64,000 nucleotides of DNA from Clostridia bacterium (lineage in GTDB: Bacteria; Bacillota; Clostridia; Christensenellales; JBMNLC01), in assembly GCA_050952525.1 (NCBI GenBank), contig JBMNLC010000004.1, positions 233,862 through 297,861 of the forward strand, in the 5' to 3' direction. Position numbers and translations under genes: made by a program. This document shows, piece after piece, positions 28,786 through 38,476 of the stretch. The notes under the pieces are model-generated. The model had not been told where the DNA came from and made no database searches. It worked only from the letters and a program-made list of their open reading frames with translations. Every line of letters begins with the position of its first letter. Positions within the stretch are counted from its first letter, which is position 1.

Positions 28786-29517
28786 TGTAATGATTCCCAC
28801 CTTCCTGCAGGGTATGGACGGCATAAGCGGTGGCTGAACGGATGGCGGGCAGCTAAAAAGGAGGCAGGTGGAAGGTCCTGCCGATTTGTCCAGATCCAGA
28901 CCGGAGGAGCCGGAGGGGACAAAATTGCATTCCACCGCTTCTGCCAGGGTAGAGGCTTCAGCTTTGATTCCCCTGGATCCTACCGGGATGATATCATGGA
29001 TCCCCTTCCATTCCGACAGCAGCTGAATATGATTCAGCTGTAAAATTTCCGCATCATCCACCCCCTCGAATTCATGGCCTACTTTGGGGATGCCCAGACA
29101 ATATACGACATCCCCGGGCTGGGACAGGCCAACCCGTAATTTTTCCCGGCGGCATATCCCAATAGCCGTGATACCGATGGCAGTCTGACGGGTGGGAATG
29201 TTTTTTTCAGTGCTGACGGTGATGGGCAGCTGGCTCATGTTCAGCTTTTTCAGCTCCAGCCGGATACCTGCCAGGATTCCTTCGGCGGTGGGATCGGGCT
29301 CGTTGCATATGGCGGCTGTCAAAAGGCGAGGTTCAGCCCCTACTGACAGGATTTCAGCCAAGACAACCCGGCTGGTCATCTGCCCGGTGACAAGGGGAGG
29401 CACCTTTACCACATCCAACTCCTTGTCGCCGATGGCACCGCAGGAATCACAGGCCGTTACCAGGCACAGGTCCCCCTCTAAAAATGTGACTTCCACATCC
29501 CTTCCTCGATAGCCCAT
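28780..29517 (-). CDS. cblS: AIR-synthase-related (PurM/ThiL-fold) protein; candidate alpha-ribazole kinase CblS
   Basis: 245 aa with an ACDSCGAIGDK N-terminal motif typical of the PurM/ThiL superfamily. Lies directly downstream of an ECF S-component under a cobalamin riboswitch, which is the published cblT-cblS arrangement. Confidence 0.55.
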   Translation of the reverse strand: MGYRGRDVEVTFLEGDLCLVTACDSCGAIGDKELDVVKVPPLVTGQMTSRVVLAEILSVGAEPRLLTAAICNEPDPTAEGILAGIRLELKKLNMSQLPITVSTEKNIPTRQTAIGITAIGICRREKLRVGLSQPGDVVYCLGIPKVGHEFEGVDDAEILQLNHIQLLSEWKGIHDIIPVGSRGIKAEASTLAEAVECNFVPSGSSGLDLDKSAGPSTCLLFSCPPSVQPPLMPSIPCRKVGIITK

Positions 29518-29521
29518 GGGA

Positions 29522-30028
29522 TCACCCCTGTATGTTTTTCAGGACATTGGCGTGCTGGAGGGGATAGTACACCAAGCCCGACAGGATGACGTTGACGGCA
29601 CTGCCAACGGTCAGGGGAAGAACCATAGCCGTAAAGAAAGGGATACCCATATTGGGGATGAGGATGAAGCAGGCGGGGGCTCCTACGCCGTTGATCAGGA
29701 TGGCGACTGCCATGGCAATGGGAAGCTTTGTTTTTTTCGCCAGAAAACCATAAACCAGCATGGTCACGGCCATCTGAACAGCAACCAGCAGATGGAGTGG
29801 CAGTGTCATGAAAAAACCTGTAGTGGCGGCAGTGGCAAGGTGCCCAATAAAGGCTACAATGGCTCCGGGAATCCCTCCCAGCAGCAAGGCAGCTAGGTAG
29901 CCCGGCAGGGAGTCCAAGGCAACAGTGCCTGTGGGACTGGGGATCTTGATGAAGGAACCTACCACACTGAGAGCCACCAGCAAGGCGGTCACGATAATTT
30001 TCTTGATCTGTTTTTGATCCATCATCAT
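29522..30028 (-). CDS. cblT: ECF-transporter S component; candidate alpha-ribazole transporter CblT
   Basis: 168 aa with 5-6 hydrophobic helices. First gene after the cobalamin riboswitch. No EcfA/EcfT in the window, so it would be a group II ECF substrate component. Confidence 0.6.
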   Translation of the reverse strand: MMMDQKQIKKIIVTALLVALSVVGSFIKIPSPTGTVALDSLPGYLAALLLGGIPGAIVAFIGHLATAATTGFFMTLPLHLLVAVQMAVTMLVYGFLAKKTKLPIAMAVAILINGVGAPACFILIPNMGIPFFTAMVLPLTVGSAVNVILSGLVYYPLQHANVLKNIQG

Positions 30029-30071
30029 CTCTCCTTTTTTTCTTTCGATCTTTCATGATTTCTTCATAAAT

Positions 30072-30117
30072 AAAAAAGTTCTTGTGCACAAAAATAACCT
30101 GTACACAAGAACTTTTC
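30072..30117 (-). terminator. Riboswitch expression-platform terminator
   Basis: On the minus strand: aaaagttcttgtgtacagg ... tgtgcacaagaactttttt followed by atttat. Sits between the aptamer and the RBS. Confidence 0.8.
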
Positions 30118-30124
30118 CATCATT

Positions 30125-30325
30125 CTTGTATTTGCCTTCCTTCCGTCGGGGAAGACAATCCATTCCGCATAAAGGCAGGTCTCCTGGCTCGCGGGATAGC
30201 AAGATTCCTCCCCTTCCCAGTATAAAACCAGTGGTTATGGAGGATCTCTACCGCTCACAGTGGCGGGACCGCCGGGGAATCTCACCCCGTTCCCTATTCT
30301 CCCTGTACGGGCACCTTTATGACTT
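30125..30325 (-). promoter_or_regulatory. Cobalamin (B12) riboswitch aptamer
   Basis: The minus strand carries AGGGAA, GGTGAGATTCCCC, CGGTCCCGCCACTGT, CACTGG..GGGAAGG and the B12 box GAGCCAGGAGACCTGCC, in canonical order. Confidence 0.9.
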
Positions 30326-30340
30326 ATTCACTTTGACAAT

Positions 30341-30369
30341 ATTATAAATCAGGCGTTCAGTTTCTGCAA
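30341..30369 (-). promoter_or_regulatory. Sigma-A promoter for the riboswitch-cblT-cblS transcript
   Basis: Minus strand TTGCAG, 17 nt, TATAAT (plus-strand coordinates 30364-30369 and 30341-30346). Confidence 0.6.
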
Positions 30370-30389
30370 TACCCTTTTGATATAGTCAT

Positions 30390-31583
30390 TTAATAAACAG
30401 GAATCAAACCGGGATGATTGCCTGTGATGCATTTTCCGCCTTCCGGGGTGACCAGGAAGGTATTTTCGGTTCCCACCATTCCGATGCCTTGAATTCCCTT
30501 CTTAGGTTCCAAGGCGATGGCCATCCCTTCCTCCAGGGGATCGTCGAACTTATTGGCAATGACAGGCCATTCGTCAATAGCCAGTCCAATGCCATGGCCA
30601 AGGAATTTCACCCAGCGATTTCCATAGCCCATGAAGTTTTTCAGGAATGCATCATCGAGCTTATCCATAACGGTGTTGTATATTTCGGATGGAATGGCGC
30701 CGGGCTTCAGCATGGCCGCCATTTCGTTCTGCAGGTCAACACATTGTCGATGCACAGCAACGGCTTCCTGGGGAAGGGGTCTGCCGAACATATAGGTCAT
30801 GGTCATATCCGTGTGATAGCCATCCACGCCGCATCCCACATCTACAAAGACCAAATCTCCCACTTTCAGTTTGCGATCACGGCTGCCCAGGACCGGTACG
30901 GCAGGACCCATGCCATAATTTCCTCCGGGTCCGTTGAAATAGGAAGGGTAGATGGAGCTCTCACCGAAGCCAATCTGCCCCAGAACCATCTCCGTATCGA
31001 ACATCTCAAAACGTGCCACCCCATGATGGCCTTCTTCAATCATGACAGCAAAAAGCTCAACGGCAAATTCTGCCTCACTGATGCCCTCTCTGAGAATTTG
31101 CGGTACGCGGTCCAGCAGAATGCGCTGATGGATTTTCCCCGACTCTTCCATTCTAGCCAATTCATAGGGGCTTTTTACCGCTCTTAGCCAAGCGATCTCC
31201 CTGTCCAGTGGCCGAACGCCGCTAGGTTGAAAAGCCCTTTCAAACCGTTGATACAAGGCCAGAGGCACGATTTCGGTTTCCATGTATACCTCGCCTGGGA
31301 ATTTTCCTATGGATTGGGCAGCATCCCGGAAAGAGGCCATGGGTTTGATGGGGCTGAAAAGGGATTCATCTATGGCTCGTTCATAGCTACGGCGGACCCA
31401 TAGCACAGCCTCGTCATCCCGGGGGACAAGCAACATCCCATCCTGCATGGTCCCTGTAAAGTAAAAGAGATTGATCTTGCTGAAGAAAACGGCCATTTCC
31501 CAATCGGGATTTGCGATATCCATCCTTGCTCTAAAGCGGTTCATGCGTGTTTTCAGTTCATTCAAAGGTACTTTTGTATTCAT
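30390..31583 (-). CDS. M24-family metallopeptidase (Xaa-Pro aminopeptidase / creatinase-like)
   Basis: 397 aa with a creatinase-like N-domain. C-domain metal ligands in [20 protein letters not shown] and the ALEP/GTEN regions. Confidence 0.85.
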   Translation of the reverse strand: MNTKVPLNELKTRMNRFRARMDIANPDWEMAVFFSKINLFYFTGTMQDGMLLVPRDDEAVLWVRRSYERAIDESLFSPIKPMASFRDAAQSIGKFPGEVYMETEIVPLALYQRFERAFQPSGVRPLDREIAWLRAVKSPYELARMEESGKIHQRILLDRVPQILREGISEAEFAVELFAVMIEEGHHGVARFEMFDTEMVLGQIGFGESSIYPSYFNGPGGNYGMGPAVPVLGSRDRKLKVGDLVFVDVGCGVDGYHTDMTMTYMFGRPLPQEAVAVHRQCVDLQNEMAAMLKPGAIPSEIYNTVMDKLDDAFLKNFMGYGNRWVKFLGHGIGLAIDEWPVIANKFDDPLEEGMAIALEPKKGIQGIGMVGTENTFLVTPEGGKCITGNHPGLIPVY

Positions 31584-31864
31584 GCTGACACTCCTATGAT
31601 CGATTCATGTTTCAAAAGAGAATTCACTTTTCATATCAGGGTAAATGTATCAAAGATTGATGTAAAAAGCAATATTGAAATCTGTCCATATTTTTTTAGC
31701 ATTTTTGGAAGTGGTCAAGCATATCCATTACTAAAGTGTTTTCCATGGACCAATATAGGCAACATGATTTGGATGCTTCTTAGCTGTACAGTAAATCTCC
31801 CTTTCCCACCTGTTCACTTAGTTATGGAGATACGTACGATAAACAGAGAGGAGTTGTATCAAAT

Positions 31865-32851
31865 ATGAGAACGTATATCCTGCGTCGCTTTCTCTTCATG
31901 ATCATTTCAGTTCTCTTGATGTCGTTTGTGGCTTTCGTATTAATCGATCTGCCTCCTGGGGATTACGTGACGATGTATGTGAAGCAGCTGGAGATAAGTG
32001 GCACGAAGGTCACTGAATCAATGCTGGAGAGCTTAAAAATGCAATATGGATTTGGCCAGCCTTTTCACATCCGGTATTTGAAGTGGATTGCCGGGATTAT
32101 TACAAAGGGAGACTTTGGCCGATCCTTTCAATGGAATCGTCCGGTCATTGATCTAATCGTACAGCGGCTGCCGTCTACGGTTATTCTTTCACTTCTCACG
32201 ATCATGTTCACCTATCTTGTAGCGATTCCGATCGGCATCTATTCTGCTACGCACCAGTATTCTATAGGCGATTATATTGCCACGGTATTCGGATTTTTAG
32301 GACTGGCAGTGCCAAGCTTCTTATTGGCATTGGTATTGGTCTTCTTTCTGTATAATAACTTTGGGATTTCACCGGGTGGCCTATTTTCACCTGAATATGC
32401 GGATGCTCCGTGGAGTATGGCAAAGGTATTGGATTTTCTGCAGCATATGATTGTTCCTGTTATTGTGACGGGTGCATCCGGAACTGCGGGTCTGATCCGA
32501 ACCATGCGGGCAACCCTGTTGGATGAACTGAGCAAGGATTATGTTGATACCGCTCGGGTAAAGGGCTTACCCGAAAGAAAACTGTTATATAAATACCCTG
32601 TACGCGTAGCGATCAATCCCATCCTGAGCACTTTGGGATGGCTGCTGCCTTCTGTATTCTCAGGCACTACCATCGTTGCAATTGTCGTAAATGTTCCTAC
32701 TATCGGTCCTCTTCTCCTACAAGGATTGATGAGCCAGGATATGTATCTGGCAGGCAGCATTATTCTGATCCTGACCGTGTTAACCTTGATTGGAACCTTT
32801 ATTTCTGACATATTGCTTGCATGGTCTGATCCACGCATTCGATATGAATAG
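31865..32851 (+). CDS. ABC transporter permease (OppB/DppB type)
   Basis: 328 aa. N-terminus YILRRFLFMIISVL, and an EAA-like loop in LDELSKDYVDTARVKGLPE. Confidence 0.88.
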   Translation: MRTYILRRFLFMIISVLLMSFVAFVLIDLPPGDYVTMYVKQLEISGTKVTESMLESLKMQYGFGQPFHIRYLKWIAGIITKGDFGRSFQWNRPVIDLIVQRLPSTVILSLLTIMFTYLVAIPIGIYSATHQYSIGDYIATVFGFLGLAVPSFLLALVLVFFLYNNFGISPGGLFSPEYADAPWSMAKVLDFLQHMIVPVIVTGASGTAGLIRTMRATLLDELSKDYVDTARVKGLPERKLLYKYPVRVAINPILSTLGWLLPSVFSGTTIVAIVVNVPTIGPLLLQGLMSQDMYLAGSIILILTVLTLIGTFISDILLAWSDPRIRYE

Positions 32852-32862
32852 GAGGTGTAGGG

Positions 32863-34014
32863 ATGGGCTTTCATTTGAAACTGCGTTCAAGTAAGAATTC
32901 TTTAGATAGAGCCAAGAAAAGCCAACAGGCCTATTATACGGCATCACAATGGCGATTAATGTGGAGAAGGCTAAAAAGGCATAAATTAGCCATGGTCGGG
33001 GGAACCATTCTCTTACTATTCTATCTTTCAGCAATTTTTGCCCCCTTTCTGTCGCCATATGATCCGCATCAGCCCTTTGATGAGTATTTAAATGCGCCTC
33101 CGCAGGTGCTGCGCTTTTGGGATGAGAATGGCTTTAGTCTTCGTCCTTTTGTATACGGCTTAAAGGGCACGAGAGACCCTAAAACATTGGCGCGTATTTT
33201 TGAGGTGGACAAAGAAAGACGATGCTACATCAATTTCTTTGTGCGAGGTTCAGAGTATAAAATACTGGGCTTTATACCTGGAAACATCCATCTCTTTGGT
33301 CCTGCAGAAGAGGGTGACACGATTTTCCTGTTCGGTACGGATAATCTGGGTCGGGACTTGTTTTCCAGGAACATGCATGCTTCTCAGGTGTCTTTGACCA
33401 TTGGTTTGGTGGGTGTCTTCTTTTCCTTTGTACTTGGATGTACTTTGGGAGGGATATCCGGATATTACGGCGGCGTTGCAGATATGATCATCCAACGGAT
33501 CATCGAGTTTCTCTTGTCTATACCCACCCTACCTCTATGGATGGCCTTATCTGCAGCATTGCCCAGGGATTGGTCCCAGATGCGGATTTATTTTGCCATC
33601 ACCCTGATCCTTGCCTTAGCCAGCTGGACAGGTCTGGCCAGGGTTGTAAGAGGTAAGCTGATCAGTACCAGGAATCAGGATTTTGTTATGGCAGCAAAGG
33701 TAGCAGGTTCCAGCGAAGCAAGGATTATATACAAGCACCTTCTGCCGGATTTCATGGGATACCTGATTGTGAATCTTACCATGAGCATTCCCGGCATGAT
33801 TTTGGGAGAGACCTCCCTAAGCTTTCTCGGTTTAGGCTTGCAGGCACCGATCATTAGCTGGGGAGTATTGTTGAACCAGGCCCAAAACGTCAGGACAGTT
33901 GCGTTATACCCATGGATTATGCTGCCGGCTATTTTTGTCGTCCTGGCTGTACTGTCCTTTAACTTCATCGGTGATGGGTTAAGGGACGCAGCGGATCCTT
34001 ATAAGGAGGTGTAA
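32863..34014 (+). CDS. ABC transporter permease (OppC/DppC type)
   Basis: 383 aa with a long N-terminal extension. LFGTDNLGRDLFSR motif and an EAA loop in QDFVMAAKVAGSSE. Confidence 0.88.
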   Translation: MGFHLKLRSSKNSLDRAKKSQQAYYTASQWRLMWRRLKRHKLAMVGGTILLLFYLSAIFAPFLSPYDPHQPFDEYLNAPPQVLRFWDENGFSLRPFVYGLKGTRDPKTLARIFEVDKERRCYINFFVRGSEYKILGFIPGNIHLFGPAEEGDTIFLFGTDNLGRDLFSRNMHASQVSLTIGLVGVFFSFVLGCTLGGISGYYGGVADMIIQRIIEFLLSIPTLPLWMALSAALPRDWSQMRIYFAITLILALASWTGLARVVRGKLISTRNQDFVMAAKVAGSSEARIIYKHLLPDFMGYLIVNLTMSIPGMILGETSLSFLGLGLQAPIISWGVLLNQAQNVRTVALYPWIMLPAIFVVLAVLSFNFIGDGLRDAADPYKEV

Positions 34015-34016
34015 TC

Positions 34017-35057
34017 ATGGAAGACAACTTGTTATTATCTGTCCGCAATTTGAAGACCTACTTCCATCTGCGGGAAGGGATTGTAAAAGCCGTTGATAAT
34101 GTAAGTTTTGACCTAAAGAGAGGCGAAGTACTGGGTATTGTCGGGGAATCAGGCTGTGGAAAAAGCGTCACCGCACGATCCATCCTTCGTATGGTAAAAA
34201 AGCCGGGTAAGACAGAAGGAGAGATCCTGTTCTACGGTACAGGAAACGGCACACCGGTTAACCTGGTGGATCTGGATCCGGCGGGCAAGGAGATCCGGAC
34301 AATTCGCGGTGAGAAGATCAATATGGTTTTTCAGGAACCTATGAATGCCTTTTCTCCTGTCCATACAATCGGTGATCAGATTATGGAGGCGATCTTACTC
34401 CATAAGGATATGAGCAAGAAAGAAGCCAGAGAGCTGACCGTCAAACTTTTAGCGGATGTAGGGATATCCAATCCCGAACAGAGGGTGGATGAATATCCGT
34501 TTCAGCTATCCGGCGGAATGCGGCAGCGGGCCATGATCGCCATGGCGATTTCCTGTCAGCCTCAGATCCTTTTGGCCGATGAACCCACGACTGCTCTGGA
34601 TGTATCCGTCCAGGCGCAAATTCTACGCCTGTTGAAAGATCTTCAGCAAAAATCCGGCATGTCCATCATCTTCATCACCCACAACCTGGCCGTCGTAGCC
34701 CAGATGGCCAACCGGGTCATCGTGATGTATCTGGGGCAGGTTATGGAAGAGGCTGATGTGAGAGAAATCTTTTATAATCCTTTGCATCCATATACAAAGA
34801 GATTATTGGAATCCATTTTGGACCTGAGTAAAAATGAACATAGAAAACGCCTAAAAACCATAGAAGGTTCTGTACCTGAACCAATGAATTTATCGCAATA
34901 CTGTGTTTTCTTTGACCGGTGCCAGGGAGCGGTGAAAAAGGAATGCAGAGAGGGCATTCCCCCTCTTGTAGAGGTAAAAGAAGGCCATAAGGTACGGTGT
35001 TTTCAGTATACAAACAATGAGTGGACGGCTGGAAAGGGGGAACAACGGAATGCCTGA
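34017..35057 (+). CDS. ABC transporter ATP-binding protein (OppD type)
   Basis: Walker A GESGCGKS, signature LSGGMRQR, Walker B LLADEPTTALD, C-terminal Cys-containing oligopeptide tail. Confidence 0.9.
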   Translation: MEDNLLLSVRNLKTYFHLREGIVKAVDNVSFDLKRGEVLGIVGESGCGKSVTARSILRMVKKPGKTEGEILFYGTGNGTPVNLVDLDPAGKEIRTIRGEKINMVFQEPMNAFSPVHTIGDQIMEAILLHKDMSKKEARELTVKLLADVGISNPEQRVDEYPFQLSGGMRQRAMIAMAISCQPQILLADEPTTALDVSVQAQILRLLKDLQQKSGMSIIFITHNLAVVAQMANRVIVMYLGQVMEEADVREIFYNPLHPYTKRLLESILDLSKNEHRKRLKTIEGSVPEPMNLSQYCVFFDRCQGAVKKECREGIPPLVEVKEGHKVRCFQYTNNEWTAGKGEQRNA

Positions 35058-36102
35058 TATTGGGAAGGAAAGCAACCGTATTCTGGATGTAAAGTCTCTT
35101 AAAATGTATTTTCCGGTAGAAAAAGGTGTCTTCAAAAAACTCATAGGATATGTGAGGGCGGTGGATGGGGTCAGTTTTTATATTAATAAAGGTGAAACCT
35201 TGGGTTTGGTTGGAGAATCCGGTTGTGGAAAGAGCACTGTCGGGAAAACGCTGCTCCGCTGCCTGGATGCAACGGACGGCAGTATTCTATATGACTTGGC
35301 GGGGCAAGGCCTGGTGGATATCACGGGTATGCATCGGAAGGAACTGAAAGTCAGGGGATTTATGAAGGAAGCACAAATGATTTTCCAAGATCCTTATTCT
35401 TCCCTGGATCCTCGGATGACGGTATTGGATATTATCAGCGAACCCTTGGTGGTGAACAAGGTCGCCAGAGGCCAGGAGGCAAAGGAACGGGTGGAGCAGT
35501 TAATGAAGGTGGTGGGCTTGGATGTCAAATACCTGAAGCGTTATCCCCACGCCTTCAGCGGAGGGCAGCGTCAAAGGATCGGTATTGCCCGTGCCCTGTC
35601 CACAAATCCACGCTTCATCGTAGCCGATGAACCAACCTCAGCCCTGGATGTATCCATACAGGCACAGATCCTGAACCTGTTGAAGGATCTTCAGGATGAA
35701 TTCGGTTTAACATATTTGTTTATTTCCCATGATCTGGGAGTTATTGACCATATGTGTGACAGGGTAGCCATTATGTATCTGGGCAGTCTGGTAGAAAGCG
35801 GTCCTAAGGAGAATATATTTGCTAATCCTCTACACCCCTATACAGAGGCATTACTGAAGAGTGTGCCAATAGCTGATCCCGACATTGTTTCCGGATTGGA
35901 ATCCGCCCCTGGAGAGATCGGGAATCCTATGAATCCTCCATCCGGCTGCTATTTCCATCCCCGGTGCGGGTTTGCGGATGGGATATGCAAAGAAGAAGCC
36001 CCTGAATTAAGAGAACTGTATCCCAAGCATTTTGTAGCTTGCCATTACGCCGATGTATTAGCTTTGAGAGGGATTGCCACAAGGAGGAAATCCCATGCAT
36101 AA
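35050..36102 (+). CDS. ABC transporter ATP-binding protein (OppF type)
   Basis: Start at ATG 35050, overlapping the upstream stop. GESGCGKST, FSGGQRQR, IVADEPTSALD, and a C-terminal CYFHPRC tail. Confidence 0.9.
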   Translation: MPDIGKESNRILDVKSLKMYFPVEKGVFKKLIGYVRAVDGVSFYINKGETLGLVGESGCGKSTVGKTLLRCLDATDGSILYDLAGQGLVDITGMHRKELKVRGFMKEAQMIFQDPYSSLDPRMTVLDIISEPLVVNKVARGQEAKERVEQLMKVVGLDVKYLKRYPHAFSGGQRQRIGIARALSTNPRFIVADEPTSALDVSIQAQILNLLKDLQDEFGLTYLFISHDLGVIDHMCDRVAIMYLGSLVESGPKENIFANPLHPYTEALLKSVPIADPDIVSGLESAPGEIGNPMNPPSGCYFHPRCGFADGICKEEAPELRELYPKHFVACHYADVLALRGIATRRKSHA

Positions 36103-36171
36103 GTCCGTCTCATCTATATTTGTACGTGGAGTGCAAATATATTGAGATATTAGAAAGAAGGAGGTTCAGTG

Positions 36172-38322
36172 ATGGGTACATTAAAAAAACACCTTAGTCT
36201 GATTGTGGCTTTGCTGCTTATCGTATCTCTGTTCAGCGGATGCGGAGGAGGCACAACCCCTACCCAGGAAAGTGGAGAAACAGCAGCCCCTGCAACAGAG
36301 ACGCCGGCAGCGGATCCAGGTCAAGAAGAAGCGGAAGAGGAGGCGGAGGAGCCTGCACCACAGGCGGAGAAAGAATTAGATCTTGGATTCTACAATCTGG
36401 ATCACTATGAACAGGCAAGCGGTAAAAAGATTGAAAGCTTCAAGCAAGCTCCTATGCTGGATGCACGGGTATCATCAGGAGAACTGCCTCCCGTAGAAGA
36501 GCGCCTTCCCAAAAATCCCCTGGTGGTTGCCCCATGGGAAGAGGTGGGGCAATACGGCGGGGAAGCGCGATGGATGGAATTTACCATTGACTATGACCAC
36601 TATTTGCGCCATATCAATACAGGGCGATTGGTCTATCAAAACGCCAGCTCCGTTTATCACCCGTGGAGCGGCCTAGCCGGTCCGGTATCCCCGGGGATCT
36701 GGGAGAGCTGGGAAATCAGTCCGGATGGAACGGAATACACCATCAAGATCCGGGAAGGCTTGAAGTGGTCTGATGGCGTAGAAGCAACAACTGAGGATGT
36801 GAAATTCTATGTCGAGGATATCCTGAAGAACGAGGAGCTTACACCGGTGGCGCCTCAATGGTTGAGGTGGAATGAAAAGATGGAAGGCCTCAGCACCGAA
36901 ATCGAATACCTTGACAAATACACTTTCCGCATTAAATTCGCTATGCCATACGGTGCTTTCCTGCAGGATCTCAACAATAACTTGGCGTACTGGAACGGCT
37001 ATATGCGTCCGGCCCACTATTTAAAGAAATTCCATACCAAGTATAATGATTTTGAGCAAATCAAGCCTGAAATGGAAAAGCTGGGATATGATCCGGTAGA
37101 GAGCGAGTGGCCGCGCTTCATGCAGCAGATATTGACGGGTGTAGTGGGCGGAGAAACCATCCGTGCGCCTTATCCCGCGGAGCATCCCACCCTAAACCCA
37201 TATGTGGTGAAGGAAAAGCGGGATGACGGGACATGGATATTTGAGCGGAACCCCTATTACTATGCCATCGATACAGAAGGGAATCAACTGCCCTACATCG
37301 ATCGCTTGCACCGCACCTATATCACAGAACGTCAGATGACCAATATGGCCATTATCGCCGGAAATACGGATTTCCAGTGTCAGTTCATCCAATTGGCGGA
37401 CTTCCCGCTGTTCAAGGAGAACGAAGAAAAGGGCAACTACTATGTAATCCCGCTGAAAGCCTGGCAGCATCATATGATGATCTTCCCCATCAACTTCCAG
37501 ACCAACGATGAGGAGGTCAACAAGATTCATCAGGATGTTCGCTTCAGGGCTGCCCTATCCCATGCCTTGGACCGGGCACAGATTCTGGAATCGGTATTTA
37601 TGGGATTTGGAAAACCTGCTATTTTTGCACCGCCCCAGGGATCACCGTATTACGAAGAAGGAATGGAGACCAAATACGCAGAATATGATCCGGTAAAGGC
37701 CAAACAGCTCCTCGATGAAATCGGGCTGGTGGATAAGGATGGAGACGGTTGGAGGGATCTCCCGAGCGGAAAGCCCTACATCTACAAGATCGATTATTAC
37801 CAGGTGACTCCCGTGGCCGATCCCGGTGCAGAGATGGCGAAACGATATTTTGAGGATATTGGCATCCGGGTAGAAGCGAAGCAGATGGATGGCAGTGCCT
37901 ATTGGGCGACCAGGGGGGCCAACGAAAGCATGGCCACGGTATGGTGGGCAAACGGTCCACAACTCAACGACAGAAGCTTCGTATTCCCCGCTGTACCCAC
38001 TCCCTTGTGGCAGCAGTATATGAATACCAACGGAAAGGAAGGGGTAGAGCCTCTGCCCTGGGCAAAGCGGATTTGGGAGATTCAGGATGAGATGGTAAGA
38101 ACCGCATCCGAAGAAGAGAGGATCCAATTAGGAAAAGAGGGCTCGAGGATTATGTCCGATGAGATTCCCTTTATTGGCGTCGTGGAAGGCCCCAAAACAC
38201 CCTTTGTTTACTCCCGTGATCTTGGGAATATAGGCTGCGCCGAGGAAAAGGAATTTACCCAGATAACCGTACTGGAGCATTTTATCCAATGGTTCTTTAA
38301 GAATCCGGATCGCAGGAATTAG
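36172..38322 (+). CDS. ABC transporter substrate-binding lipoprotein (family 5)
   Basis: Lipobox LFSGC, acidic low-complexity linker, and family-5 blocks (IREGLKWSDG, FERNPYYY..D.EGNQLPYIDR). Confidence 0.88.
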   Translation: MGTLKKHLSLIVALLLIVSLFSGCGGGTTPTQESGETAAPATETPAADPGQEEAEEEAEEPAPQAEKELDLGFYNLDHYEQASGKKIESFKQAPMLDARVSSGELPPVEERLPKNPLVVAPWEEVGQYGGEARWMEFTIDYDHYLRHINTGRLVYQNASSVYHPWSGLAGPVSPGIWESWEISPDGTEYTIKIREGLKWSDGVEATTEDVKFYVEDILKNEELTPVAPQWLRWNEKMEGLSTEIEYLDKYTFRIKFAMPYGAFLQDLNNNLAYWNGYMRPAHYLKKFHTKYNDFEQIKPEMEKLGYDPVESEWPRFMQQILTGVVGGETIRAPYPAEHPTLNPYVVKEKRDDGTWIFERNPYYYAIDTEGNQLPYIDRLHRTYITERQMTNMAIIAGNTDFQCQFIQLADFPLFKENEEKGNYYVIPLKAWQHHMMIFPINFQTNDEEVNKIHQDVRFRAALSHALDRAQILESVFMGFGKPAIFAPPQGSPYYEEGMETKYAEYDPVKAKQLLDEIGLVDKDGDGWRDLPSGKPYIYKIDYYQVTPVADPGAEMAKRYFEDIGIRVEAKQMDGSAYWATRGANESMATVWWANGPQLNDRSFVFPAVPTPLWQQYMNTNGKEGVEPLPWAKRIWEIQDEMVRTASEEERIQLGKEGSRIMSDEIPFIGVVEGPKTPFVYSRDLGNIGCAEEKEFTQITVLEHFIQWFFKNPDRRN

Positions 38323-38340
38323 GAAATAAAGAAAACGAGG

Positions 38341-38376
38341 ACATATTGACCTCGGAGTTCTCCGGGGTCAATATGT
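38341..38376 (+). terminator. Perfect 16-bp hairpin after the binding-protein gene (attenuating terminator or mRNA stabiliser)
   Basis: acatattgacctcgga gttc tccggggtcaatatgt. Only a weak T-tract (ttgtgt) follows. Confidence 0.55.
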
Positions 38377-38476
38377 TTGTGTACCAGACTTCCTCAAAGG
38401 AAAAGTTTTGATAATAAAGCTTGGCACAGAGCCATATGATAGAATGTACATATGAAGTGAAAGGGGGTACGATGGT

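Noticed and set aside
29478-30089. 203-aa minus-strand ORF overlapping the ECF S-component gene in another frame
   Set aside because: Its composition is Arg/His/Cys/Pro-rich and not membrane-like. The 168-aa frame has an RBS and a typical S-component hydrophobicity pattern.
30084-30347. 87-aa plus-strand ORF
   Set aside because: It lies antisense to the cobalamin riboswitch aptamer. The region is fully explained by the RNA element.
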